A stretch of 38,525 bases of DNA from contig JAQGDQ010001485.1 of the NCBI GenBank assembly GCA_030141605.1, forward strand, positions 1-38,525, in the 5' to 3' direction. The notes under the pieces were generated by a model. The model did no database searches. It worked only from the letters and a program-made list of their open reading frames with translations, and was not told the origin of the DNA. Positions within the stretch are counted from its first letter, which is position 1; every line of letters begins with the position of its first letter. The stretch is from Tubiluchus corallicola (lineage: Eukaryota; Animalia; Priapulida). The position numbers were made by a program, and so were the translations under genes. Shown piece after piece: positions 1-12,117 of this stretch.

Positions 1-299
1 GTTTTAACTGGCAAAGCAACATGCAAAAATGAAAAAACAAACAGATTGATAAACAAAACAAAAACTATCAGAAGTGGATAAACATGTAAAGTCACAATAA
101 ATAATAACAGATATAAAAATAAACATACACAAGGAGTGAAGACAAAGCAAAAAACTGAATAAGCAGCGAAAATACAAAACCTGGGGATTTCTTCGTACGA
201 AAAGTCAGGTAGTTGGTTACCCCTTTAGTCAGCCGGTACAACTCATAAGCAAATAACAGTGATATCAAAATTAGAAATATTGGGTTGTACAAGTAAAAT

Positions 300-690
300 T
301 CATGTTTAAAAGTCACAGTGTTTCTTCACCAATTTACACATACCAACAGTTTAGACCTTCTCTTAGCTATAAAAATTCGAAAGAGGAAGTTTCAGTTTTA
401 GTACAACACACTGAATCTCTAACAGTAGCACGGTACTTCAATTTTCGCTTTCGCAAACGCGTGCAACACGCTCGTGGAATGTTTTTGCTGTAGAAAATTA
501 TGTTAGTTTGTGATGTTGTCAACAGCTGTGCTCGCCTGCCAAGTACCTACGTACCACTATACCTAGATTAAATAAGTTTTTAAACTATTATTTAATTATC
601 AGAAAGGTTTTTGCAGTTTTGTGTTAAAATGTTACTTTTTATCGGTCTTGAAAATGGGGTAATATGTGAAAAATCATCCTGTCTTCCTTT
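300..690 (+). mobile_element. Dispersed repeat family A, partial copy
   Basis: Shares gttttagtacaacacactgaa...gtgcaacacgctcgtgga...aaattatgttagtttgtgatg with the copies at ~13000-14040 and ~32470-33330. Confidence 0.75.
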
Positions 691-1034
691 TAGTAACTCT
701 TTTACAAAAATAGCAAACCAAGACATATAGAGATCACATAGTGGGCAGTGCAGTGCCTGGGTGGTCTAAGAAATTAGCTGCCGTTCAATCATGCTGGAAT
801 TTTGCAAAGTCACCGAAAGGGCTGCAAAATATCTGTTTATCAGCAAACAAAAAGACGATTCTTTTTACTATTACATCAAAGATTTCGCCTATTGTCCTTT
901 TGTCCTATTAATGGATAATGGATGAGTATATAGTATATGAGAAATCATTCTGTCTTCTTTTAAGGAAGAGAATTAGAAAAAAATCAGAGTGCAGAATCGA
1001 ACCCAGTACTTTTGAAAGAAAAGATCACTATTAC

Positions 1035-1199
1035 CTGTAGCACAAAGCCATGGCTTCTGCAGCGGCTGTGGGTTCATCCAGGAGGGACGCGTTGGAAATG
1101 GGAAGACCAGTCAGATCACATATTAACGTCTGATAGTTGAGCAGGCTTTCCAACCGGCCTTGAGCAATCTCGGGCTGATACGGCGTGTACTGGGTGGTC
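1035..1199 (-). CDS. GLDC: Glycine decarboxylase coding exon 4 (165 nt); gene continues beyond position 1
   Basis: Acceptor tttcag|, translates (W)[54 protein letters not shown](R), donor AG|GTAATA. Contains the hallmark YTPYQPE..QGRLE. Confidence 0.96.
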
Positions 1200-1739
1200 C
1201 TGAAAATTAGCACAATAGTTGTTAACTCAGTAACTCACGCACGTCTAAACGTTTAGCTAATTAATTAACAACGTAATTCGTTAATGCTTTTAACAATTGG
1301 CGCAATGCAAACTCAATGGGAAAGTCTGTTTAATGCAGACGGTTGTGGAGAGACCAGAATCTAGTTAATATCGAGGCTAAACCTCTAAAATAGAATAGAC
1401 TTGAGGCCATAGCGAATCAGAGTGTTGTGTCTTGATAGTTGAAATTTTCTGCATTAGCTGATTTCACACAAGTGATACTGTACATTGTTACAGTGCAAAC
1501 ACTGCAGTTACTGAAAGCTTTTTTCAGTTATTGGTCAAAAAACAATTTTTAATTTGTCGAAGGTACACAAATGCATTTCATATATAATTTTGCATGAAAA
1601 TCCATTGTGTGAGGAGTAGAAACCTACAAAAATTATCAAATATAATGTAATCGCTGCTTAGTGAGAGCAGTTTTTCATGAAGCCATGCAAAATGCAGCAA
1701 ACGCTTTAGGTTCTGAAGGAGTTAGTTTAAGCATAATTT

Positions 1740-2200
1740 ATTTAGGATCGGATCAGACAGTTTGAACAACATGATTTAGGATCCTCACCACAACAGACTT
1801 TATACACTATTTACAAGAACATTTACAGTAAGAATAGACTATAACTACACAAGCTGACAAGTTTTACTACAAGATTACATTAGACATTAGTAGAAAATAA
1901 CGGCTGGAAAATATTAATGTACGAATATTTAAGACTGATGCATTTCATATCAGATAGAAACTACTGGAAGCGTTTAGTACGTAATATAAAGTCATGCATG
2001 CATTGGAATATTTTACAGTTAGAAACATAGTTAAATTCATCTTTTCCGAATAATAACAACTTCAACAGATCATTAGTTCCTAAGGCAGCTATATTAAGGT
2101 TTTCGGGCAGAAGTATTGCATTTAATTTATCAAACACAACAACCCTAGTTTGTTGATACAATGGGCAGTGCAAGAGAAACTGTTCAACAGACCACTGGAA
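1740..2200 (-). mobile_element. 5'-truncated LINE (CR1/L2-like) ORF2 C-terminus and 3' UTR
   Basis: Translation EQFLLHCPLY...LLLFG...N.KIF...DFILRTKRF* resembles the typical C-terminal tail of non-LTR retrotransposon ORF2 proteins. Confidence 0.7.
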
Positions 2201-4036
2201 CTTATCAGCCAGTAACCCTAGTTTGTTGATACAATGGGCAGTGCAAGAAAAAGAGTTCAACAGACTACTGGAACTTACTTACCAACCAGTAACCCTAGTT
2301 TGTTGATACAATGGGCAGTGCAAGAAAAAGAGTTCAACAGACTACTGGAACTTACTTACCAACCAGTAACCCTAGTTTGTTGATACAATGGGCAGTGCAA
2401 CAAAAAGTGTTCAACAGACCAGTGGAACTTACTTACCAACCAGTAACCCTAGTTTGTTGATACAATGGGCAGTGCAACAAAAAGTGTTCAACAGACCACT
2501 GGAACTTACTTACCAACCAGTAACCCTAGTTTGTTGATACAATGGGCAGTGCAACAAAAACTGTTCAACAGACCACTGGAACTTACCAACCAGTAACCCT
2601 AGTTTGTTGATACAATGGGCAGTGCAAGAAAAAGTGTTCAACAGACCAGTGGAACTTACTTACCAACCAGTAACCCTAGTTTGTTGATACAATGGGCAGT
2701 GCAAGAGAAACTGTTCAACAGACCACTGGAACTTATCAGCCAGTAACCCTAGTTTGTTGATACAATGGGCAGTGCAAGAAAAAGTGTTCAACAGACCACT
2801 GGAACTTACTTACCAACCAGTAACCCTAGTTTGTTGATACAATGGGCAGTGCAAGAGAAACTGTTCAACAGACCACTGGAACTTACTTACCAACCAACAA
2901 CCCTAGTTTGTTGATACAATGGGCAGTGCAAGAAAAAGTGTTCAACAGACCACTGGAACTTACTTACCAACCAGTAACCCTGGCTAGTTGATACAATGGG
3001 CAGTGCAACAAAAAGTGTTCAACAGACCACTGGAACTTACCAACCAGTAACCCTAGTTTGTTGATACAATGGGCAGTGCAAGAAAAAGTGTTCAACAGAC
3101 CAGTGGAACTTACTTACCAACCAGTAACCCTAGTTTGTTGATACAATGGGCAGTGCAAGAGAAACTGTGCAACAGACCACTGGAACTTACTTACCAACCA
3201 GTAACCCTAGTTTGTTGATACAATGGGCAGTGCAAGAGAAACTGTTCAACAGACCACTGGAACTTACTTACCAACCAACAACCCTAGTTTGTTGATACAA
3301 TGGGCAGTGCAAGAAAAAGTGTTCAACAGACCACTGGAACTTACTTACCAACCAGTAACCCTAGTTTGTTGATACAATGGGCAGTGCAAGAGAAACTGTT
3401 CAACAGACCACTGGAACTTACTTACCAACCAACAACCCTAGTTTGTTGATACAATGGGCAGTGCAAGAAAAAGTGTTCAACAGACCACTGGAACTTACTT
3501 ACCAACCAGTAACCCTAGTTTGTTGATACAATGGGCAGTGCAACAAAAAGTGTTCAACAGACCACTGGAACTTACCAACCAGTAACCCTAGTTTGTTGAT
3601 ACAATGGGCAGTGCAAGAAAAAGTGTTCAACAGACCAGTGGAACTTACTTACCAACCAGTAACCCTAGTTTGTTGATACAATGGGCAGTGCAAGAGAAAC
3701 TGTGCAACAGACCACTGGAACTTACTTACCAACCAGTAACCCTAGTTTGTTGATACAATGGGCAGTGCAAGAGAAACTGTTCAACAGACTACTGGAACTT
3801 ACTTACCAACCAGTAACCCTAGTTTGTTGATACAATGGGCAGTGCAACAAAAAGTGTTCAACAGACCACTGGAACTTACCAACCAGTAACCCTAGTTTGT
3901 TGATACAATGGGCAGTGCAAGAAAAAGTGTTCAACAGACCAGTGGAACTTAGTTACCAACCAGTAACCCTAGTTTGTTGATACAATGGGCAGTGTAAGAG
4001 AAACTGTGCAACAGACCACTGGAACTTACTTACCAG
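2140..4036. repeat. 77-bp (variant 73-bp) tandem array, ~25 copies, abutting GLDC exon 3
   Basis: Unit accaaccagtaaccctagtttgttgatacaatgggcagtgcaagaaaaagtgttcaacagaccactggaacttactt, with starts at 2281 and 2358. Confidence 0.97.
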
Positions 4037-4169
4037 CCCGGGTTTTCAAAGATATTCCTGAGTATGGTATTGGGCATTTGACAGTTGTAATAACCCATGC
4101 CAATGTATGAGCGCCAGAGTTTATTTTTCTTGCTAATCTCCTTGATTCTCTGCAGACATTCAAATTCAC
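4034..4169 (-). CDS. GLDC: Glycine decarboxylase coding exon 3 (136 nt)
   Basis: Acceptor tttcag|, translates (G)[44 protein letters not shown](W), donor TG|GTAAGT. Contains the hallmark RSYIGMGYY. Confidence 0.95.
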
Positions 4170-4239
4170 CTGAAAAAAGAGAATTTGTTTAACAAAGTGT
4201 TTGTTTGTTTGTCTATTCGTCGCAGTTGTTTAAAGAAAG

Positions 4240-4840
4240 ACAAAATGATTTTTCATACACTATCCCATTTTCAAGTCCGATAAAAAGTATACATCTTAAC
4301 ACAGTTACTACTACAAAAGCGTTTCTGATAATTACGTAATAGATTAATTAACAGCGGGCGAGCCCAACTACTGATGACATCACAAACTAACATAATTTTC
4401 CACAGCAAAGATTCCATGAGCGTGTTGCGCATCTTTGTGAAAGAGAAAATTGAAGTATGGTGTTACTTTAAGACATTCGGTGTGATGTGCTAAAACTAGC
4501 CAAGTTTTAAGATACAAATTCAAATTTTAAATTAACCACTGTGCTTAAGCATGAGCTGTCAAGCGTGTGTAGTCCGTCACAAACTAACACATCTGAAGTG
4601 AAAGGTACAACACCCGTTTTTGTGCAATGCGTTTCCAAAATGCAGGTGCTAGTGCCCATCTAACTAGCAAATGGCAAAATGCATGTAACAGTGAAGAACT
4701 AGTGGCGCAAACGTGAAATTGTGTTTGCGTGGTAATGATTCTTTCACGTAAGTCATTTTTGAAAAAATAGTATGTTTCCTTTCAATATTTTAAACAGTAG
4801 ATTATTTTGACCTACAGTTTAAGATTGGGTCCGGGTTTGC
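4240..4840 (-). mobile_element. Dispersed repeat family A copy (non-autonomous element, class undetermined)
   Basis: Reverse complement of the copies at ~12980-13560 and ~32470-33330. The end motif reads ggacccaatcttaaactgtaggtcaaaa on the minus strand. Confidence 0.75.
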
Positions 4841-5212
4841 TTTAAATGTTATTTATTTACTCGATCAACTCTTGAAGCACTGAACAGCGGTCAACCTACG
4901 ACTTATACACTCATGCCAACTACAATCGTTCTTTGTACAAAAGTTGCTAAACTGCAGTTGGATCGATGCCACGTCGTCCAAATAACTAACACTGAATTTT
5001 AGCAAATAAATAGGATTTTTCCCTAATCTACACAGGAAATTTGAAGTTCCTGTCTGTGAATGTTTAGACTGATTTCATGTTCTGACTTGCCAGAGTTGCA
5101 AGTTGAATAGTTCCAAATACATTTTATTCATACATATTTATTTATTGTTTGTTTTTATATTTTTCTTTTTGTTATTGCTTTATTTTGATTGTTTTATTTA
5201 AGTAATTCAGTC

Positions 5213-5603
5213 ATACCACAATCCTGGTACAGATTATGAAAAACAAGGCATCATTGATAAATCTTTAGAGCTGATGTCAACATAGCACAATCTATTATCT
5301 TTCTTCCTACCATTTCCACTAACACATCCTTCTACCCTTCCTGTGTGATCTAACCTTTCTCCCAGTTCTTTTTTTTTGTTCACTCATCCATTCTTTTTTT
5401 ATCTGGTTCACATGACAGTGGGCTTATACAAGCCTTTGCTTCTCTAGCCCACTGCAGTACAATTATTCTTTTATGATAACGATAGTGTATGAAACATAAC
5501 AATTTAATACAGTATGATGTAATAATTTTGATGTCACTGTGTGCTTAATGTCATTATATTGTACTGAATGTGATGATAATAAACTAAACTAAACTAAACT
5601 AAT
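5213..5603 (+). mobile_element. Repeat family B, a LINE/SINE-like 3' end with a (TAAAC)n tail
   Basis: Near-identical to 29641-29991 plus 30501-30530 and to the reverse complement of ~12225-12603. Carries a 3' stem-loop gggct...agccc and an aataaactaaactaaact tail. Confidence 0.8.
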
Positions 5604-6240
5604 TTAAGTAGATGTATATAAATGTATAAAACCAATAATTAATTAATGAACAATAATTGCATCCAGTGTCATCAATTCTTTTTTCTGCTATTAGAATATT
5701 AAATTATAAGGAGTGAGTGACCAGATGACCTACGGTCTTTCCTCCGCCTCATCTCCACGGATAAAGTTATTTTTTCGTAAAATGGAAATTCGTGACGCAT
5801 TTGGAGACAATAAATGTCTAAAAAAGTAAAATAAAAATAAATAAAAAAATAAGGTACAGCTTGGAAAATAGTTATCAGTAAATTCGTAAATTATGGACAC
5901 TGCCATATAGAGCTCACATATACATTTTGTCCCATACATGTATTACTGGTACCCCTCAGCCCCGAGTAAGCACTTTGCAAAACGGTTTAAGCACTTTGCA
6001 AAACGGTTTATTTAATTCTATGTTCATTAAAAACTTTCGTGTACTGTCTCGTGAAATTGTAAAAAGATGCGAGTTCAGTTCCAGGCAGCTAGCGACAATA
6101 AACTTAGGAAAAGATTGTAGGTGAGTATTGAAAACAGGAATTTTGACTTCTTATCAAAGTGTCAATTCAGAGAGATGTTTGAATACATAGTGTTTTTAAA
6201 TTAATTGCTTTGTTTTCTTGTACGTAGATAATATCCGTGC

Positions 6241-6322
6241 TTGTTATTGTTGTTGTTGCTGCTGCTGTTGTTGTTGTTGCTGTTGTTGTTGTTGCTGTTG
6301 TTGTTGCTGTTGTTGCTGCTGC

Positions 6323-6355
<33 letters not shown>

Positions 6356-6412
6356 CGTTGTTGTTGCTGTTGTTGCTGCTGCTGTTGTTGTTGTTGCTGT
6401 TGTTGTTGTTGT

Positions 6413-6443
<31 letters not shown>

Positions 6444-6463
6444 GCTGCTGTTGTTGTTGCTTA

Positions 6464-6495
<32 letters not shown>

Positions 6496-6672
6496 ATTAT
6501 TGTTGTTGTTGCTGCTGCTGTTGTTGTTGTTGTTGTTGCTGCTGTTGCTGAAGCTATTGTTGTTCTTGTTGTTGTTGTTGTTGCTGCTGCTGTTGTTTTT
6601 GTTGCTGCTGCTGTTGTTGTTGCTGTTGATGTTGCTGCTGTTGTTGTTGCTGTTGTTCTTGCTGTTGTTGTT
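6241..6672. repeat. (GTT/GCT)n trinucleotide microsatellite
   Basis: Directly visible; source of the poly-C/L/V pseudo-ORFs. Confidence 0.98.
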
Positions 6673-6679
6673 CGTATTT

Positions 6680-7135
6680 TTTATCGTATTTTTAATCTTA
6701 TTGAAAAGATACAGTAAATTAAATTTTACTTAGTTAGTAACATGTGCACTCTGAATGCTCTGATTATTTTTTCAAACTTCACGCAGTGTTTACTAAACTT
6801 GTTTTAAACGAAATACCATCAAAATGGCTGCGGCTGACGGTCATGCCGGGAGTTTAAATTTACACGTTTTATACAGCGAAATGCTAAGTAATATAACTTT
6901 GGATGGAAAAATTTTTGTGACATGGTTCGACATTTCAGTTTCTTCTTCTGATTTAAGTTCGTTGTGCGTATATGACGTCATGCAATGGCGCCGTCGGAAC
7001 AGTATTGCGGAAGATTTAAAATGAAAACAATCGAAAATTCTTTTCAACGCGAGTACGATATACGCATAAAATTGCTATAAAGTAACATAATTTTTAAGAC
7101 AATTTTTCTCAAACCTACTTCAGGTAACCCCCTTT
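6680..7135 (+). mobile_element. Repeat family C, internally deleted long-TIR element
   Basis: Matches 15600-15790 and 37290-37470 directly. Its 3' part is the reverse complement of 15230-15470 and ends in cttcaggtaacccc. Confidence 0.75.
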
Positions 7136-8104
7136 TCTTGTCCTTTAATAACCAAATAACGTCACAAAACAAATCCAAGAATCACTCGTTTGCGAAGTTC
7201 TTATAAAACGAATATTTTTTTTACCAAGAAAGCGGAAATAATTTTTATACATTTGGAAAGCGAAAGTGGTACCTTAACTGTTATACGCCCCACATATGAC
7301 CTACGTAATTAAACATGAGTATGTTAGGTATCTGATAACGGGGGCTCATAGGGCAAGTCTGACACAGTGATACAGCAAAAACCTCAATCTACTGGCAACA
7401 TGCTAATACGTGACAGAATTTTTGGAACCCTTGATTAACAGTAATTGTTAAAGGAAAAGGAAATGCAATCTTAAAGTATGGTTTAAAAAACTTTTCACGT
7501 GTTGGGGATAAACTGATACTGTCATGTGCTGCCACCTCTTAGGCCTTGAATGAATTTCTTGTTTTTAATTTGTTAGCCTGTACTTATATTCTCAGGTGAT
7601 TCAATCTGGTTTTATGCAGAAGTCAGTAGGACAGTAGACTGTTACACTGTCTAGGTGTTTGCTATCTGTTTTATACTTAATTTAGCCAAATTTAATGATT
7701 TGATAAATGCTTGTGACCTGTTTCTGCAGTTTTCTGATGTCTTTAAGCTTGTGGTTTTGTTTGGGACATTCCGTCAGCTACACCACACAAGCTTACTTGC
7801 TTCAAAACCTTATGTAACTAGAAAAGAGAATTCCTAGCAATACAAACCAACTCACCTTCCCAGCATGCACTACTGAGTCACCAAAAAACGTATTTTTAAT
7901 CTTATTGAAAAAATAAGATGCTTTATAGTTTTGCTTAGTCAGCAAAGAGAGTGCTGCGAATTCTGGACCTAATTTTAAACTGTAGGTCAAAACAATCTAT
8001 TCTTTAAAACATTGAAATGAAAAATATGATTTTTTTAATTAGGACTTACAATCCAAAGACAGCAATGAAAAGCAGGTGTTATAATTATTATCAGTAAAAA
8101 TGTT

Positions 8105-9140
8105 ACAATGTTGTTATTTCTGCTGTTGTTGTTGGTGGTAGTGGTTGACTGTTGTTGCTGTTGTTAGTTGTTGTTGGTGGTGGTTGGGTGTTGTTGGCAA
8201 TGCTGCTTGTTGTTGTTGGTGGTGGTTGATTGTTGGTGCTGTTGTTAGTTGTTGTTGTTGGCGATGGTGGTTGGTTGTTGTTGCTGTTGTTGGTGCTGCT
8301 GTTGGTGTTGGTGGTTGTGGTTGGTTGTTGGTGGTGGTTGTGGTTGGTTGTTGGTGGTGGTTGTGGTTGGTTGTTGGTGCTGTTGTTGTTGTTAGTTGTT
8401 GTTGGTAGTGGTGGTTGGTTGTTGTTGGTGCTGCTGTTGTGGTTGTTGATGGTGGTGGTTGGGTGTTGTTGGCAATGCTGCTTGTCGTTGTTGGTGGTGG
8501 TTGATTGTTGGTGCTGTTGTTAGTTGTTGTTGTTGGCGATGGTGGTTGGTTGTTGTTGCTGTTGTTGGTGCTGCTGTTGGTGGTGGTGGTTGTGGTTGGT
8601 TGTTGGTGGTGGTTGGTTGTTGGTGCTGTTGTTGGTGGTGGTTGGTTGCTGGTGCTGTTGTTGTTGTTGGTGGTGGTTGGTGGGTTGTTGTTGGTGCTGT
8701 TGGAGGTAGTGGCTGGTTGCTGTTGTTGTTGTTGGCAATGCTGGTTGTTGTTGTTGTTGGTGGTGGTTGGTTGTTGGTGCTGTTGTTGGTGGTGGTTGGT
8801 TGTTGGTGCTGTCGTTGGTGGTGGTTGGTTGCTGGTGCTGTTGTTGGTGGTGGTTGGTTGCTGGTGCTGTTGTTGTTGTTGTTGGTGGGTTGTTGTTGGT
8901 GCTGTTGGCGGTAGTGGCTGGTTACTGTTGTTGTTGTTGGCAATGCTGGTTGTTGTTGTTGTTGTTGGTGGTTGGTGGGTTGTTGTTGGTGCTGTTGGCG
9001 GTAGTGGCTGGTTGCTGTTGTTGTTGTTGGCAATGCTGGTTGTTGTTGTTGTTGGTGGTTGACTGTTGTTGCTGTTTTTCATTATTGCTGTTGTCTGTTC
9101 ACAGTTGTTGTTTTTGTTATTGCTGGTTGTTGTTGTTGTT
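8105..9140. repeat. Complex GTT/GGT/GCT low-complexity repeat with internal block duplications
   Basis: Directly visible, with recurring blocks such as gttggcggtagtggctgg and ttggcaatgctg. Confidence 0.95.
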
Positions 9141-9875
9141 TACTTGTACATACAATACAGCCCTGCATTTTATCATAACATAAAAACATGAAGAACTAAT
9201 CTAGAACTCATTTTAACCGCTTACACTAGGTTGTTGAAAATACAAGCCCCAAGCTGTTTCACGGAAACGGTAACGGAGGGAAAACCGGTTTCAGTTCTGA
9301 GAATGCACTGAGTTTTATACGCATATTGACTTATCTCAAAATGCAATCCTTGTACTTACGTCTACGGGTTATATCTTTTACGTTTTACTATTTCTCTGCC
9401 CCTTTGTACATTTTTTTCTTTGTGAAATTGAAATTAAAATTGAAATTGAATTTTCTTCCAGTTCACAAACGTACAGTAACCGCTTCCACTTTGTATTTTA
9501 TAGAATTTGATAATAATGTTATAAATGCTTTTGCAAATCTTTTCTCGGATGAATTCCTATCGTCTTTCGCCCGCATATAAACAGTCTGTTGGTGATGAAA
9601 TGTTACAACTCTCGTCGTGTTTTCTATATGCTGTTTTGTTTTTATTTATGATTATGTGAATTTGCATTAGAATTGGTAATTATGTTTATTATAATTGTAC
9701 TCGTTGTTTTTCATTGTGTATAATGTGTGTAAATTTCTGTTACTAAGTATTAAAATATGTTCGGTATTTTTTATTATGTATGTATGTAGTGTTGGGTTAT
9801 AATTTGTAACTATGTCTATTGTATATGATCGTTGTCGTTCAATGTGACTCATGTGTTGGATTCTAAATTATATAA

Positions 9876-9876
<1 letters not shown>

Positions 9877-9949
<73 letters not shown>
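9877..9949. repeat. (TG)n microsatellite
   Basis: Directly visible. Confidence 0.99.
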
Positions 9950-9953
<4 letters not shown>

Positions 9954-10519
9954 TTAATAAAAAATTTTTAGAAATTTTAAACGTTATCCCTACAAATAGA
10001 GGGAATGTATTTTGTACATAGTTTTTAAAAATAAGGAATTATAATAATAATAATGTGTAAAGGTGCAATAGTTGTATACAGTATACAGGTAAATAAGGCC
10101 TAATTGCTAGTAATACATTCAAAAAGAAGGGAGGATAGCGAGGTGGCCAAAAGGTCATCCAGTCAGCCATCCTTTCAATATGTTAAAATAGTAAATGATC
10201 ACAGGCAGCACTAGTGAGTAATGAGGTTCAGACAATAAATTCATTTAATCAGCTTGACTTCCTAAATTAGTAGTTTCTTCACAAAAGTGGGGTAATTAAC
10301 AGATAATTTTATGTATATTTGCAGTTTGATTGAGAAATGAATGTTTCATTTAACATTATGATAATTTACTGTCTTACGGTGACAGAAAAACCATTAAGTA
10401 TAGATTAAGCAATGATATGCAATCCTTAGTGATATTATAGAAATTATCAAAACAAAAAGAAAATATAAGAGACAATATTCGTCAGTTTAGTGCTGTGTGG
10501 TAATTGTTTATAAACAATT

Positions 10520-10913
10520 AAATTGTTTGTTTGCTTTCCTGCAAATTTGTTTGTTCAAAATGCTTGTTGTTTGTTTTCCTGTAAATTTGTTTGTTCAAAA
10601 TGCTTGTTGTTTGTTTGTTTGTTTTCCTGTAAATTTGTTTGTTCAAAATGCTCGTTGTTTGTTTGTTTTCTTGTAAATTTGTTTGTTCAAAATGCTCGTT
10701 GTTTGTTTGTTTTCCTGTAAATTTGTTTGTTCAAAATGCTTGTTGTTTGTTTGTTTTCCTGTAAATTTGTTTGTTCAAAATGCTTGTTGTTTGTTTGTTT
10801 TCCTGTAAATTTGTTTGTTCAAAATGCTTGTTGTTTGTCTGTTTTCCTGTAAATTTGTTTGTTCAAAATGTTTGTTGTTTGTTTGTTTGTTTTCTTGTAA
10901 ATTTGTTTGTTCA
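10520..10913. repeat. ~44-bp tandem repeat, ~9 copies
   Basis: Unit tgtaaatttgtttgttcaaaatgcttgttgtttgtttgttttcc, with gtaa at 10717 and 10761. Confidence 0.95.
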
Positions 10914-11589
10914 GTTGTGTTCAATTACTGTTGCTTTACAATTTTGATTTCTTAGAAACTTTATAACACATAGCTTATTAATTTCATCAAAGAATGTAAT
11001 TTCGATGCAGACGTTAATTACAAATCTAGTTTTCTGGCCGTTTCCATATCCGTCAGCTTGTTTTTGCCACTTAAAACACGGAATTACCATAAAACACGAG
11101 GAAGTCACCGTCACGGCATTCACTAACAGGTAATAAATCAAGCTAAGTAGAACTTCTTACATTTACCAACGTAAAGTGATGGAATAACTCAGTCTATCCA
11201 CGTGTATAATACCTGAAAGCTTAGTTATAAACCTTGGTATATGCGAGTCAATTTACATGTTTTGGAAATAGCGGGCAAATTATTAGCTGTTCTAGCTGTT
11301 TGAGCTTTCCCCGGGCTGCTTCTCCGTGGATATTTTTAGCACTTCATCTCCTTACAGTCACTTGTTTTCTACTCAATCGGCCTGGTAGTTCACAGAAAAA
11401 TTGGCAAAAGTTCTTTTATTTCTACTTCATCTTTAGCTTGAAAAATATAATTTTTTTTACAAATGACTACTTTTCGATCTTTCATCTTCCTCTTCTAATG
11501 TCGAGCACAAAAACCGCCATTTTTCTTGCATTAGCCCCTGATCTACTGCAAATCATGCATGTCGCATAGCTGCTAGGACCAAGGACTGA

Positions 11590-11662
11590 ACCTTGTCACA
11601 TACCTGCAAGGGCTCAGCACCGCACCTTGTCACATACCTGCAAGGGCTCAGCACCGCACCTT
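11590..11662. repeat. 34-bp tandem duplication
   Basis: ccttgtcacatacctgcaagggctcagcaccgca occurs twice. Confidence 0.9.
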
Positions 11663-12117
11663 GCTGTAGTCATGCCCAATTACCTGAAATCACTGCCTAT
11701 AGTTATAGCCTACAGCATCAGTGTATACCAGCTCGTAGAAATTGGTTTACAGTCACCATGGAGAGCAGTATTCAATAGAACAATTACCATATATCATGAT
11801 GCGAATCATCGTAGAATACATCTTGCTAAGCGTGTTTGCGAAATGATTTAATCTTTTGCAGATAATCTGCGCTTAATCTTCCTAAAATTTCTGCCGCTTC
11901 AGTAGCCGTAGTCGTACGGTTTTGCTAACGAGAGAGAGACGCGCATTCTCCTACTATTTGAAGTTAGCGGCAAGGTCAAAGAAAGAATTAGCATAATTAT
12001 ATATTTCTGGTAACCCGTTTGGTAGCTTTCCTGATTAACTCTGCAGCAAACAACTTGTTTGTTACAGTTATATGGATTTTGAAATTGCAAGTTTAAAGGA
12101 AAACCGTACACAATTTC

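Noticed and set aside
6218-9183. Poly-Cys/Leu/Val and Gln/Thr/Asn-rich ORFs as real proteins
   Set aside because: They are translations of GTT/GCT/GGT simple repeats that are open in several frames on both strands.
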